In this document: positions 40,401 to 51,600 of the stretch, in pieces | Layout: every line of letters starts with the position of its first letter | Position numbering within the stretch: position 1 is the first letter of the stretch | NCBI GenBank assembly: GCA_048886685.1 | Contig: JBHLKM010000020.1 | Location: forward strand, 11,301 to 75,300 | DNA length: 64,000 nt | Origin: Candidatus Hodarchaeota archaeon | Lineage (GTDB): Archaea > Asgardarchaeota > Lokiarchaeia > Sigyniarchaeales > SOKP01 | Direction: 5' to 3' | The notes under the pieces: generated by a model | Told to the model about the DNA's origin: nothing | The model's database searches: none | Seen by the model: the letters and a program-made list of their open reading frames with translations, nothing else | Program-made: the position numbers and the translations under genes

Positions 40401-43400
40401 GTGGGGGCACCGGCTTTAGAGGTTGGGATATCAGTTTTGATGATGATCCAGTGATCGCTCCTGACGGTTGGATTATGTTTCGTTACTCACCAGATGGAAC
40501 TAATACGATTTACACTGGTTGGGAACGAGTAAGGGTAAATCAATGGTATCATGTTGTCGGAGTATTCAAACCAAGTGAATATTCTAAGTTATTTTTCAAT
40601 GGAACTGAAGTAGGAATAAGAACGATTGGTGTTCCGCCATCTATGAATGATCCTTCTCTCCCTGTACGTATAGCTAGAAGATCTGATGCTGGTACGTCAT
40701 ATGTTAATGGTACTATTGATGAAGTTCGTATTTCTAACGTGGCTCGTTCAAATGATTGGATTGCCACCGAATACAATAATCAATATGATCCTTCCTCCTT
40801 CTATTCAATTGGTACGGAAATTCCACTGAAAGCTAAAATAGATTTAGAGGCTCAAATTGTAGCAATTGATCTCTATGGAAATCAATTACCAAATATAACT
40901 ATTTCAATGTATCAAAATACTCAATTAATAGATCGCGACATTACTGATGATGTTGGTTCTGTTTTATTTACTGAAATCATCGAAGGAGAATATAATTTTA
41001 CGGCAACGATAAGCTCAACTATCGCTAATGTAACTGAGCTTGTGAACATTACGTCTCAAGCAATTTTGCTTGATAAAGCATTTCAAACTATTACTTTAAT
41101 TTGCAACATAACTTCTCATTTCTTCGAAATTATTGATCTAGATAGCAGTCCTGTTGAATCTGGATGGATCATGGTTGGAAATGACACCCATATACTTCAA
41201 AAGTGCGTAATAGATCTTACAGGGCATACCACCTTTCGATGGGTGGAGGCCCCTCCTTCGGAGTATAATTATACGATCTATTATCGTGATATTATATATA
41301 ATCCCTCTACTCTTGAACTTGCCTCAGGAGATATTACTACAGAGAATGCTACTATACAAGTTCAAGTGGATCTCACAACCATAGAGTTTACAGTGCTAAC
41401 CCTTGATTCTCCGATAACTCCTGTGAGTGGGGCTAAGCTCAAGTTAACTGTGGGTGATCCTTTCGGAGCGAGTATAGTAAATTTAACAACGAATCTTGAC
41501 GGGAAAGCCACCTTGCGGTGGCTGGATTCCTCAGGAATAGGTGATGATTATTGTTTACAGATTGAATTTTTTGGAGAAAATCGATTATTCAATGATACTC
41601 TATTTTTAGATCACTTTGTAAATAACATAAGTTTTCCAGTTGTAAATAAGGATTCTATGGAATTAAGAATTTCAATTAATCTGAATTTGTTCCAAACAGA
41701 ATTAATCTCCTTAAATCCCACAGATTATATAGATGTTGAATGGGGCTCATTATTGAAGTTGCGAGCCTTATTTAATGTAAGTAGAGTTGAAACGGGCTAT
41801 GAACACCTTTTAGGACCTACTTATGCGGATTCCATGGTATATGAAATGTTCTTAGGAGGAAATACTATTCTTTCTGGTTCATTTTTAGAAGAGGCGGGGA
41901 ATGAGGGTAAGCATTATATAGAAATAGATACAAAAAATATTGAAAAGGACGAAAGCTATTTACTAATTATCTCAGCTCAAAAATCGGGATATACAATTCC
42001 ATCAGATTTAATTCTTCAATTAAATATTCTAGAGATTGATGTGGAATTAAATCAGTCGGATAATAATGATTCTAGCTCATTCGCATATTGGTTAGATGGC
42101 GTTAATATGACATTGAAATCCTACGGTCAAAATTCTGAAACTCTTACAATAGAGAATGCTCTTTTTCAAAGTGTTGACCATGAGTTTAATTTTGTGATTT
42201 CTGATGTTCACCAACAATGGAATTTATCCAAAATTGAGTTTAATATTTATGGTATTTCATGGAACACCGATATCCCAAATATTAATATTACCATCGAAGA
42301 TCCTTATGGCACTTTTTCCTATACATTTTATAATTATACTCATAGTGGATGGGATTACACTCAAGGCACATGGACAGGAATCACCCTTGAATTAAACCAA
42401 GCGAGTAGAACAAATGATAATAATTTCGAGTTTAAAATTAGTGGTACTTTTGATGGTGTTGTTGATATTATCGCTGATGCTTATTTTATAAGAGATGCTC
42501 TCAATGTGCAATACTCCAAATTTAATGTTAGTAGCGAACTCTCTCTTTTAACTGAAACAGAAGGATGGGCAATTAATAACGTGACCTTCGAGATCTCGAA
42601 CTGTTATTATACCTCTAACTGGAGTAAGGTAGACTTATCAACCCTCACAAATTTAAATATTACAACAAACGAAGGTTTTAAATACTCATTAGATTACGGC
42701 TATTCAGACGGCACGGGTATTCTAACTATAGATGATAAAGTCATTTATCCTTTTGGAAATCAATTCCTTTTTATAATCGAAAGCTTTCCTGATGTAATTT
42801 TTGATGCGCTTATAAAAGTTAACTATATTCAGGAATTTTACAAAACCCAAATTCTGGAAACCTATAATCTTACAAAAACAGAGCAAGGAGTTAACAACGG
42901 AGGAATTTTTCAAGTAAGTGCAGTAGAGTCAAGTTGGGCTGAGCATGAAGCATTTTTATGGGTCAAGGCTATTAGAAGTGGTTTAAATTACTTCTTTCCA
43001 TCAGATGTAAATATGAATATTACAATTGGAAGCCAAACATACAGTATTGAAGATCATGGAACAGGAACTGGACGTTTTTCATTGACAGGTTTTACTAAAA
43101 ATCAAATATTTCAAGCAGTCATTGACACATCTTCCACTGTAAATTTTAGTTTGGTGCTTTCAGTCAAATATTTACGAACTATATCTTATGAAATTGTAGG
43201 TGCGTTATCTTACACTGTTATTGGAGCTCCTTCCGTATATGGAACAGTTCAATACGATTCAAACTTAGGATATTATTTAAAAACAATCGATACTTCTTCA
43301 CTTGATGCTGATGATTATACAGTAAGATTCACTATGAATAAAGATCATTATCAACTCGCTAAAAAGGATCTTAAATTAACGGTTTTAAATCGTCCTACAT

Positions 43401-45484
43401 TGCTCAATGGTTCTTCTGAATTCTTTAGAAAAATTGCAAAAATTTATGTAAAGGATGCAGTGAATTTTAGTTTAATATTTACTGATGAGATAAGTGGTAC
43501 TAAAATAACTAATCTTGATAACCAATATTTTATCTGGGAAAGCTATGATCAGAGTGGTAATGTTAATGAAACTGGTCTTGGTAATGTATTTAGTGCTATC
43601 GATAACACTTATATATTAGATTTTAACACAAGAGCAAGAGCTGTTGGAGAATATCTACTCATCATTGTTCTAGAGAAGGATAATTATGATTACAAAAATG
43701 GGATGATCCTTCTTACAATCATAAAAAGAGATATTGATTATGTTTTAAGTAAAAATCTTCAAGATGGGCAAACTAATGTAGTTCAAGGCAAGAAAGTAAT
43801 AATAGGAATAAGTCTTACAGATCCTACAAAAAGAGATTCTTGGTTAATTAATGCGACTATAAAACTAACAGTTGGAAGTAAAACCTATGAATTCGTACAA
43901 CTTGCCAACGGTACTTACTCTCTTGAGTTTTCTACAAATAATATAAATGCATTCTTCACCTCAAAAACACTTCGAGGTACTATTACAATTTCTAAAGTTG
44001 ATTATAATCCCGTTGAAATAAAAATTACGATTGTTGTAGAGATGGAAGAAATATTACCAGGGATACCCACTTTTTATTTTCTGTTAATTGTATCAGCTAT
44101 AATTGCACTTGTTGGTAGTTTAGTTGGATATCGAGTCATTCAAAATGCAAGAATACCCTCCTTTGTAAAAAAAGTAAGAGAAATGAAGAAATCTATAAAA
44201 GGAGATAAATCAATTGCAGAATCACTTATATATCGTGAAAAAGAAGTATTCGTTGGAGAAATATTAAATAGCGATTGGAATGAAATTGGATTATCTTTAG
44301 AAGAAATATTTGGGATAACTATTGAAAAGGATAAGAAGAAAAAAACTTCACAAAGAAAGACTTTTGAAACTCCTATTGAACATGAAAATAAACCAATTGG
44401 ATTGGTTTTAATGAAATGGGATGAGAGAATTGGCACTGAAATCAAGGTAAAATATCCCTCAGAGATTAATATTTCAGAAAAATCTTTAATGCAAATATAT
44501 AGCACTCATGAATATAGTGGAGAAAAAGGGATCATAACTTTAACCGCAGAAGCTACTAATATCCTATCCTATTATTCAGGGCCAGAGGAAGGGTATTATT
44601 TGCTTTTACTCTTAAATTTGGATGATGATCCTGATCTTTATGAAGGGGGAATTGCTGATGTATTAACTATTCTTTTAGAATATATTGAAGATGATACTTA
44701 TCTACAAATGCTACCTACCCTATTCCAGCGTTTAGCGTTATATCCATCGCTCAGTTATGAACAAATTCTAGCACTCACTTACCAAAACAAGATAAAACGT
44801 TCAATTCTGAATCTGTTAATAGACGAAGGTTTAGCAGTTAAATCAGAATTAATAATTTGGCTTAAAGATAAACAAACAAAAGGTTTCTTTGATTTAGACG
44901 CGATCTTTAGCGAAATGATTAAATCAGAGATTTTAAAAGTTAGTTCTATTAAAGATATACCCTCCGAACTTATTTTTCTTACTAAAGATATCTTCATGGC
45001 AAGAATTCCTCCTCTTAAATTACTTGAAAAACCCACTAGTTTTGGTTTACCATCTCAATTTGCGAAAGAATATCCTAACGATGTAAAAAAATTCTTCCAG
45101 ACATATCATCCTACAGAAGAAGATAATATAAAGATTGCTGAGATATTAGTTAATCCTCAAGTTTATGAGACGTTAAGACTCTTAAGAAATGCAATTGTTA
45201 CTAGAGACGACCTTCAGAAACTCAGTAGTAGGGGAGTTGATGATATTTATAGTGTTCTAAAAATACTCTGGGATAATAAGATCATAAAAGTTTTTCACGA
45301 TAATCAAAACATTGAATATTATGCTCTTATTTCTGATTTTTATATCGATTATATTTTTCCAAAGTATTTATTGAAATCTATTAAAGATGCTTATGAGCAA
45401 AAATCAAAAGTTAAAAAAGCCTTGATTGAATACCTTAATATCCTTGAAGATACTTATTACAAACTAAAATCAGAAGAAAAATAA
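37451..45484 (+). CDS. Giant single-pass surface protein A: 3x(DUF2341 + LamG/ConA-like), Ig-like stalk, TM, cytoplasmic longin/DENN-like + helical domains
   Basis: Three YYK.ITID...NFP...DGDDIAF...WVR.P...MYYGN / VWHLNE...DEVRIS...EY.NQ modules; TM near 44070-44130; about 450-aa cytoplasmic tail. Confidence 0.88.
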   Translation: MKIYRKNLKSKIDILGILLFCLIIPLFLNIPLLGLKTNYINQESDEKNVNYDKIKTNAPPNAISFQYYKTITIDHNKVAGSGSYSNFPVLINITDSDLRLDVQSDGDDIAFSFENNWLDHEIELFDQTFSSTHAHLVAWVRVPDLSGVIDTVIRMYYGNSSMSSRENPTGVWESGYRGVWHLNEESLANPAIDSTSNSNDGTYTNSPVLGQNGQIHNSVGFTDSLGQRIEVSDDASLDISNELTVEAWINPNLLPVGIGSKWMTIVSKMDGSWDGGSVSDFDIYVAINDYNNYDIGLSNPSNSYDEWSSSVSVLNATWQHFVFTYQSSTSIGRIFLNGLYMAEHNFGIGTLGTNSNPFFIGFNIAWTGEVFDGLIDEVRISSRPRSSGWIYTEYQNQNDPDSFYLIGSEQIVTTEPPDVGYFTYYKIITIDAAKIAGTGSHFNFPVLISIVDEDLKYHCQPDGDDIAFSTGGDWINHEFELFNQSYSTTEAQLIVWVRIPILSTSLNTTLIMYYGNATMTSQENPSGVWNNYVGVWHLNESPAGIVYDSTAYSNDGTTLGSMSSSDLVSCQISTGFELDGFDDMISIPESTSLDSVSDEATLSLWINWVNSSDGGYQRVMTTSNRFTANPTPPPTLFQTDGFEWAVQPDGDHFFYPYGGVSTNYNLVTDPFTNNIWHYLVLTLNYATKSVKIYLDGTSLSFTIENVPSQWIQLANLDDWLWGGNLVASASQILGKFDEIRVSNVERSSGWILTEYNNQYNPNSFYSVGNEQLVNVQPVNADYFNYYKVLTIDHTKVNGTGSHVNFPLLISIFDKDLRYDVQNDGDDIAFSIDGQWLDHQIELFNQTYSGTHARLAAWIRIPFLSTAFDTNVSMYYGNSTMTSRQNPSQVWNSGYVAVWHLNEDPSGTPPQIKDSTIPGSDGISYGTMSSSDQVSGMIGGALDFDGINDYIDLGNPGELHITGEFTVQAWFKVNFVGNDYLVVKSGGTGFRGWDISFDDDPVIAPDGWIMFRYSPDGTNTIYTGWERVRVNQWYHVVGVFKPSEYSKLFFNGTEVGIRTIGVPPSMNDPSLPVRIARRSDAGTSYVNGTIDEVRISNVARSNDWIATEYNNQYDPSSFYSIGTEIPLKAKIDLEAQIVAIDLYGNQLPNITISMYQNTQLIDRDITDDVGSVLFTEIIEGEYNFTATISSTIANVTELVNITSQAILLDKAFQTITLICNITSHFFEIIDLDSSPVESGWIMVGNDTHILQKCVIDLTGHTTFRWVEAPPSEYNYTIYYRDIIYNPSTLELASGDITTENATIQVQVDLTTIEFTVLTLDSPITPVSGAKLKLTVGDPFGASIVNLTTNLDGKATLRWLDSSGIGDDYCLQIEFFGENRLFNDTLFLDHFVNNISFPVVNKDSMELRISINLNLFQTELISLNPTDYIDVEWGSLLKLRALFNVSRVETGYEHLLGPTYADSMVYEMFLGGNTILSGSFLEEAGNEGKHYIEIDTKNIEKDESYLLIISAQKSGYTIPSDLILQLNILEIDVELNQSDNNDSSSFAYWLDGVNMTLKSYGQNSETLTIENALFQSVDHEFNFVISDVHQQWNLSKIEFNIYGISWNTDIPNINITIEDPYGTFSYTFYNYTHSGWDYTQGTWTGITLELNQASRTNDNNFEFKISGTFDGVVDIIADAYFIRDALNVQYSKFNVSSELSLLTETEGWAINNVTFEISNCYYTSNWSKVDLSTLTNLNITTNEGFKYSLDYGYSDGTGILTIDDKVIYPFGNQFLFIIESFPDVIFDALIKVNYIQEFYKTQILETYNLTKTEQGVNNGGIFQVSAVESSWAEHEAFLWVKAIRSGLNYFFPSDVNMNITIGSQTYSIEDHGTGTGRFSLTGFTKNQIFQAVIDTSSTVNFSLVLSVKYLRTISYEIVGALSYTVIGAPSVYGTVQYDSNLGYYLKTIDTSSLDADDYTVRFTMNKDHYQLAKKDLKLTVLNRPTLLNGSSEFFRKIAKIYVKDAVNFSLIFTDEISGTKITNLDNQYFIWESYDQSGNVNETGLGNVFSAIDNTYILDFNTRARAVGEYLLIIVLEKDNYDYKNGMILLTIIKRDIDYVLSKNLQDGQTNVVQGKKVIIGISLTDPTKRDSWLINATIKLTVGSKTYEFVQLANGTYSLEFSTNNINAFFTSKTLRGTITISKVDYNPVEIKITIVVEMEEILPGIPTFYFLLIVSAIIALVGSLVGYRVIQNARIPSFVKKVREMKKSIKGDKSIAESLIYREKEVFVGEILNSDWNEIGLSLEEIFGITIEKDKKKKTSQRKTFETPIEHENKPIGLVLMKWDERIGTEIKVKYPSEINISEKSLMQIYSTHEYSGEKGIITLTAEATNILSYYSGPEEGYYLLLLLNLDDDPDLYEGGIADVLTILLEYIEDDTYLQMLPTLFQRLALYPSLSYEQILALTYQNKIKRSILNLLIDEGLAVKSELIIWLKDKQTKGFFDLDAIFSEMIKSEILKVSSIKDIPSELIFLTKDIFMARIPPLKLLEKPTSFGLPSQFAKEYPNDVKKFFQTYHPTEEDNIKIAEILVNPQVYETLRLLRNAIVTRDDLQKLSSRGVDDIYSVLKILWDNKIIKVFHDNQNIEYYALISDFYIDYIFPKYLLKSIKDAYEQKSKVKKALIEYLNILEDTYYKLKSEEK
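41108..41599 (+). repeat. 492-bp identical direct repeat, copy 1 (copy 2 at 49249..49740)
   Basis: Base-by-base reading shows no mismatch; offset 8141 bp; flanks are similar but diverged. Confidence 0.9.
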
Positions 45485-45645
45485 TAAAATAAAAGCTTTT
45501 ATTTTTTTTACAATTTTATCCTAAAGAAACTAAATTAAGATACTCTATAAATACTCTAAATATAAATATCTGAATTTACTCTTATCTTGTAAATACATGT
45601 TTTACATTTTACATGAACTTATTTTAAACAAGAATTTGATCAGAA

Positions 45646-48600
45646 ATGAAAACAAGTAGAAATCAACTTATAACTATTAAAAAGAGAATTACAGTTTTAA
45701 GTCTTTTATTGTTCGTATTAATAATTCCTCTGATTCTAAGTTCACCATTATTTTCAAATTTATACAGGACTAATTTTGCAGAGGATAATGATGACAAGGT
45801 TAATGATAAAACTGAGTTGACACCAAAATTAAGTGCTCCTTTTAATGCACATTATTTTAAATACTATAAACTTATAACAATAGATCATAATCAAGTATCG
45901 GGAACATCTGGTCTTACTAATTTTCCTTTTCTGTTATCAATTTATGATGCAGATCTACGTTCTGATGTTCAATCTGATGGAGATGATATTGCATTCTCAT
46001 TAACTAATGTCTGGTTAGATCACGAAATTGAGGTGTTTAATCAAACGTACAATGGAACACATGCTAAACTAGTTGTTTGGGTGAGAATTCCCGTATTATC
46101 TGTTATTATCGATAGTATTATCCGAATGTACTATGGTAATAATACAATGAGCTCACGGCAAAATCCAAAAGGAGTATGGGATAATAATTATAAAGCTGTT
46201 TATCATATGAATCAAAATCCTAGTTCTTCATCTGTTCTAGATAGTACTTCTAATAACTATGATTTTACACCCGGATCTGGTTTTGTTTCCGGAGATCTTG
46301 TCGATGGTATTATCGGGAAGGCAATAGAATTCGGTGGAGTGAATACTCAATACCTTGAATTAACATCAGGTTTTTCAAATCCAACCACCTCTCTTTCCCT
46401 TGAAATGTGGTTTCGACCTCAATTATTTAATACGTATCAACGATATTTTACAGCCAGGTGGAGTTATCCTGATTTACGATTATTAGCTGATAACAGCATT
46501 TCAACCAGAATTCGCAATAATTTAGGTAATATCAGTTCTACACAAAGTACAATTCTCTGGCTTGACCAATATTACCATTTTGTCATGACCTGGCAAGGTG
46601 GATCAGTTGGACGTCAAAAACATTATCTTAATGGCACTCTAATTACGGATGATTACGATGCAGAAGCCTTAGGGACTTCTTCTAGTTGGACAGGATATAA
46701 TCTTGGTTCAGATACTGATCATACAGATCCTATAGGAGCATTCATAGAGGAATTCAGGATATCTTCAAATGTTCGTTCAGCTGATTGGTATGAAACCGAA
46801 TTCAATAATCAATATAATCCTAATAGTTTTTACACAATTGGTGCAGAACAAGAAGTAGTTTGGGAACCTCCAAATGCTCATTATTTCACATATTATAAAT
46901 TAATCACCATAGATCAAAATGAAGTAAGTGGAACTGGCATCCATACTAATTTCCCATATTTATTTTCATTTATTGACTATGATTTAAGATATCATGCTCA
47001 ACCAGATGGGGATGATATAGCTTTTGCTGTCGATGGAGATTGGCTGGATCACGATATAATACTCTTCAACCAAACATATAATAAAACTCATGCAGAACTA
47101 AGGGTGTGGGTCCAAATTCCCTCCCTATATACCACAAAAGATACTATAATTACTATGTTTTATGGAAATTCAACAATGAGCTCTCGAGAAAACCCCGAGG
47201 GTGTTTGGGACAGTGGGTATGCAGCAGTATATCACTTAGATGATGATTTTTTAGATTCTACCACTAACAATAGGGATGGAACAAATTCCGGTTCAGTAGA
47301 TGTTATTGGTAAGATAGGTGATGGTCAAGATTTTGAACATGATGATGGAAGTGATAACATCGATATCGGAACATGGAGCATCTCTGGGTACCAAATAACG
47401 ATTCAAGCATGGGTAAAATATGAATCCTTTGATTCAATTTGGTCGGGATATAGTGATGCCCGTATTTTATCTAAAAATTCAGGTTCAAGTGATGGTTCAG
47501 AATATCATGTGTGGATGTTGGGAACATATAATGAATCAGTAAACGAAAATGGGCCATATAATTTAAGAGGAAGAATAAAAACAGGAATGGATGATGCTAC
47601 TGGTACTAGTACAGTGGAAGCTACAGATCCATCCGGGCGTCTTTCAATTGATGAGTGGTATTTAATTTCAATAAAATATGATGGTACTAATATATATCTT
47701 GTTTTAGATGGAAATACAGTTCTTACACAAAGTAAAACAGGACCATTGCGTGAAAATAGTTGGCCGATATTTATTGGAAATAGTCCTACAGGAAATAGAC
47801 CTATAGATGCGATCATTGATGAGGTAAGAATTTCATCAGTGATTAGATCTGATGATTGGTTAAAAACGGAATATGATAATCAAAATGATCCTACCTCATT
47901 CGGTACGGTAGGAGAAGAAAATGTATTAAATGAAGATCCCCCAAATGCGCTTTACTTTGATTATCATAAAGTTATAACAATTGATCACACTAAAGTTAAT
48001 GGCACTGGTAGTCATGTGAATTTTCCTTTTCTAATATCCATTCTTGATGAAGATTTAAGGTATGATGTACAGAGTGATGGTGATGATATTGCTTTTTCCT
48101 TAGATGGTCAATGGTTAGATCACCAAATTGAACTCTTTAATCAAAGTTATAGTAGTTCTCAAGCAAAATTAATCACATGGGTTCGTATTCCATTTTTATC
48201 AACAGTTCTTAATACAAGCATTATAATGCACTATGGGAATGATAGTATGAGCTCTCTTCAGAATCCAGAAGGTGTATGGGTGGCATATAAGGCAGTATGG
48301 CATCTTAATGAACAATCTGGATCTGGTTATTATATCAAAGATTCAACTTCTAATAGTTACGACGGATCACCGTTTGGTACTCAATTTATAGATTCAGGGC
48401 AAATAGACGGATCTAGGTCTTTCTCAGGTATAGGAGACAACAGGATAATTATTGATAGAGGTTCGGAATTCTTTGATGGGGATAATATGTTTACATTTTC
48501 TTTTTGGATTTATCCGAATTATGAAGATGATTTAGAATGGCAATCAATGACAGATCGTTGGGTTTTTTCTAAAACATCTTCTGTTAGAATGTCCCGACTT

Positions 48601-51600
48601 TGGCGTCAAAGTTTTTTACCTGCAGGACAGGGAAGATTTCAAGCTGATATTCAATTTGAGACTTTTGGCACAACATATCTAAATGTATTGGTTTATCGGC
48701 AACAGTGGGCATATATTACATATTCATATGATGGTACTTATTTAAGGGCATATACGGATGGTGAGTTAGGAAGTAGTCAATATATTGGAGGTTTTCCTTT
48801 AATCACAGATACAAGCTCCTTTTATTTAGGTAGGTTTGATAGCTTCAAGGGATTTTTAGATGAATTTCGCGTTTCAAGTGTGTCGAGATCTGATGGATGG
48901 ATTGCCGCGGAATACAATAATCAATATAGCCCTAATACTTTTTACAATGTAGGCGATGAGGAGTATTCAAAACCAATAGCATTTGTTGATGCTCAAATTA
49001 ACGCTGTGGATTTATATGGTAATTTTCTACCAAATGTAACCATTTCTATGTACCAAAATATCGATTTAATAGAGTCAGATATTACTAATGGCAATGGTGC
49101 TGTTAGTTTTACAAACATTATTAAAGGAGAATATAATTTTACGGCAACGATAAGCTCAATTATCGCTAATGTAACTGAGCCTGTGAACGTCACACCCCAA
49201 GCAATTTTACTTGATGAAGCATTTCAAACTATTACTTTAATTTGCAATATAACTTCTCATTTCTTCGAAATTATTGATCTAGATAGCAGTCCTGTTGAAT
49301 CTGGATGGATCATGGTTGGAAATGACACCCATATACTTCAAAAGTGCGTAATAGATCTTACAGGGCATACCACCTTTCGATGGGTGGAGGCCCCTCCTTC
49401 GGAGTATAATTATACGATCTATTATCGTGATATTATATATAATCCCTCTACTCTTGAACTTGCCTCAGGAGATATTACTACAGAGAATGCTACTATACAA
49501 GTTCAAGTGGATCTCACAACCATAGAGTTTACAGTGCTAACCCTTGATTCTCCGATAACTCCTGTGAGTGGGGCTAAGCTCAAGTTAACTGTGGGTGATC
49601 CTTTCGGAGCGAGTATAGTAAATTTAACAACGAATCTTGACGGGAAAGCCACCTTGCGGTGGCTGGATTCCTCAGGAATAGGTGATGATTATTGTTTACA
49701 GATTGAATTTTTTGGAGAAAATCGATTATTCAATGATACTATAACTTTAACCAGTTTTGCAAATAACCTAAGTTTTACAGTCGTAAACAAGGATTCTATG
49801 GAGTTAAGAATTTCAATTAATCTGAATTTGTTCCAAACAGAATTAATATCCCTAAATCCCACAGATTATATAGACGTTGAATGGGGCTCATTATTGAAGT
49901 TACGAGCCTTATTTAATGTAAGTAGAGTTGAAACGGGCTATAAACACCTTTTAGGCCCTTCTTATGCAGATTCCATGATATATGAAGTGTTGTTAGGAGG
50001 AGATAATGTTCTTTCTGGATCATTTTTAAAAGAGGTTGAGAATGATGGAAGATATTTTGTGAATTTAGATACAAGCCAAATATCTAGCAATGAAAAATAT
50101 ATAATCATTGTTTCAGCATATAAATCTGGATATTCACTTCCTTCAGATTTAATATTCCAACTAGAAATTTCAGAAAAGCAAATTCAATTGAATCAGTCGG
50201 ATAATGATGATTCCGGTTCATCAGCATATTGGTTAGAGAGCGTCAATATGACACTGAACTCTTACGGTCAAAACTCTGAAACACTTACCATAGAAAATGC
50301 TCTTTTTCAAAGTGTTGACCACGAATTTAATTTTATGATTTCTGATGTTCACCAACAATGGAATTTATCCAAAATTGTGTTTAATATTTATGATATTTCA
50401 TGGAACACTGATATCTCAAATATTAATATTACTATTGAAGATGCTTATGGCTCTTTTTCCTATACATTTGATAACTCTACTCATAGTGGGTGGGATTACA
50501 CTCAAGGTACATGGACAGGAATCACTCTTACTTTAAACCAAGCGAGTGGAACAAATGATAATACTTTTGAGTTTATAATCAGTGGTACGTTTGATGGGAC
50601 TGTTGATATTATCGCTGATGCTTATTTTATAAGAGATGCGCTCAACGTGCAATATTCCAAATTTAATGTCAGTAATGAGCTTTTTCTCTTAACTGAAATA
50701 GAAGGGTGGGCAATTAAAAATATGACTTTCGAGATCTCGAACTGTTATTATACCTCTAACTGGAGTAAGGTGGATTTATCAACCCTTACTAATTTAAATA
50801 TCACTACAAACGAAAATTTTAAATATTCATTGGATTACGGCTATTTAGATGGAACAGGAATTTTAACCATAGATGACAGAATTATTTATCCTTTAGGAAA
50901 TCAATTCCTATTTACAGTTGAAAGCTTCCCAGATGTAATATTTGATGCGATTATAAAAGTTGATTATATTCAGGAATTTTATAAAACTCATACGTTGGAA
51001 ACCTATAATCTTACCAAGACAGAGCAAGGAGTTAGTAATGGTGGATTATTTCAAATAGATTTAAGTCAAAATAGTTGGACTAACCAAGAAGCAATATTAT
51101 GGATCACAAATATTAAAGATGGTTCAAATTATTACTTTCCATCAGAGGTAGGTATGAATATCACAATTGGAAGCCAGACTTATAGCATTTCAGATTTCGC
51201 AAGAGGAACCGGAAAGATTTCATTAAAGGGTTTTAATATTAATCAAATATTTCAAGCAGTCATTGACACATCTCCCTATGTTAATTTTAGCTTGGTGCTT
51301 TCAGTTAAATATGTACGATCTGTATCGTATGAAGTCGTCGGTTCTTTGTCTTACACTATATTGGAAGCACCTTCCGCGTTTGGAACAGTTCAATATGATT
51401 CAAACTTAGGATATTATCTAAAAACAATCGAAACTTCTCTACTTGATGCCGATGATTATACTGTAAGATTCACCATCAATAAAGATCATTATCAGCTCAA
51501 AATAAAAGATCTCAAATTAAAAATTTCAAATCGTCCTACTTTGCTAAATAGTTCTTCCGAATTCTTCAGAAAAATAGAATCAATTTATGTGAACGATTTG

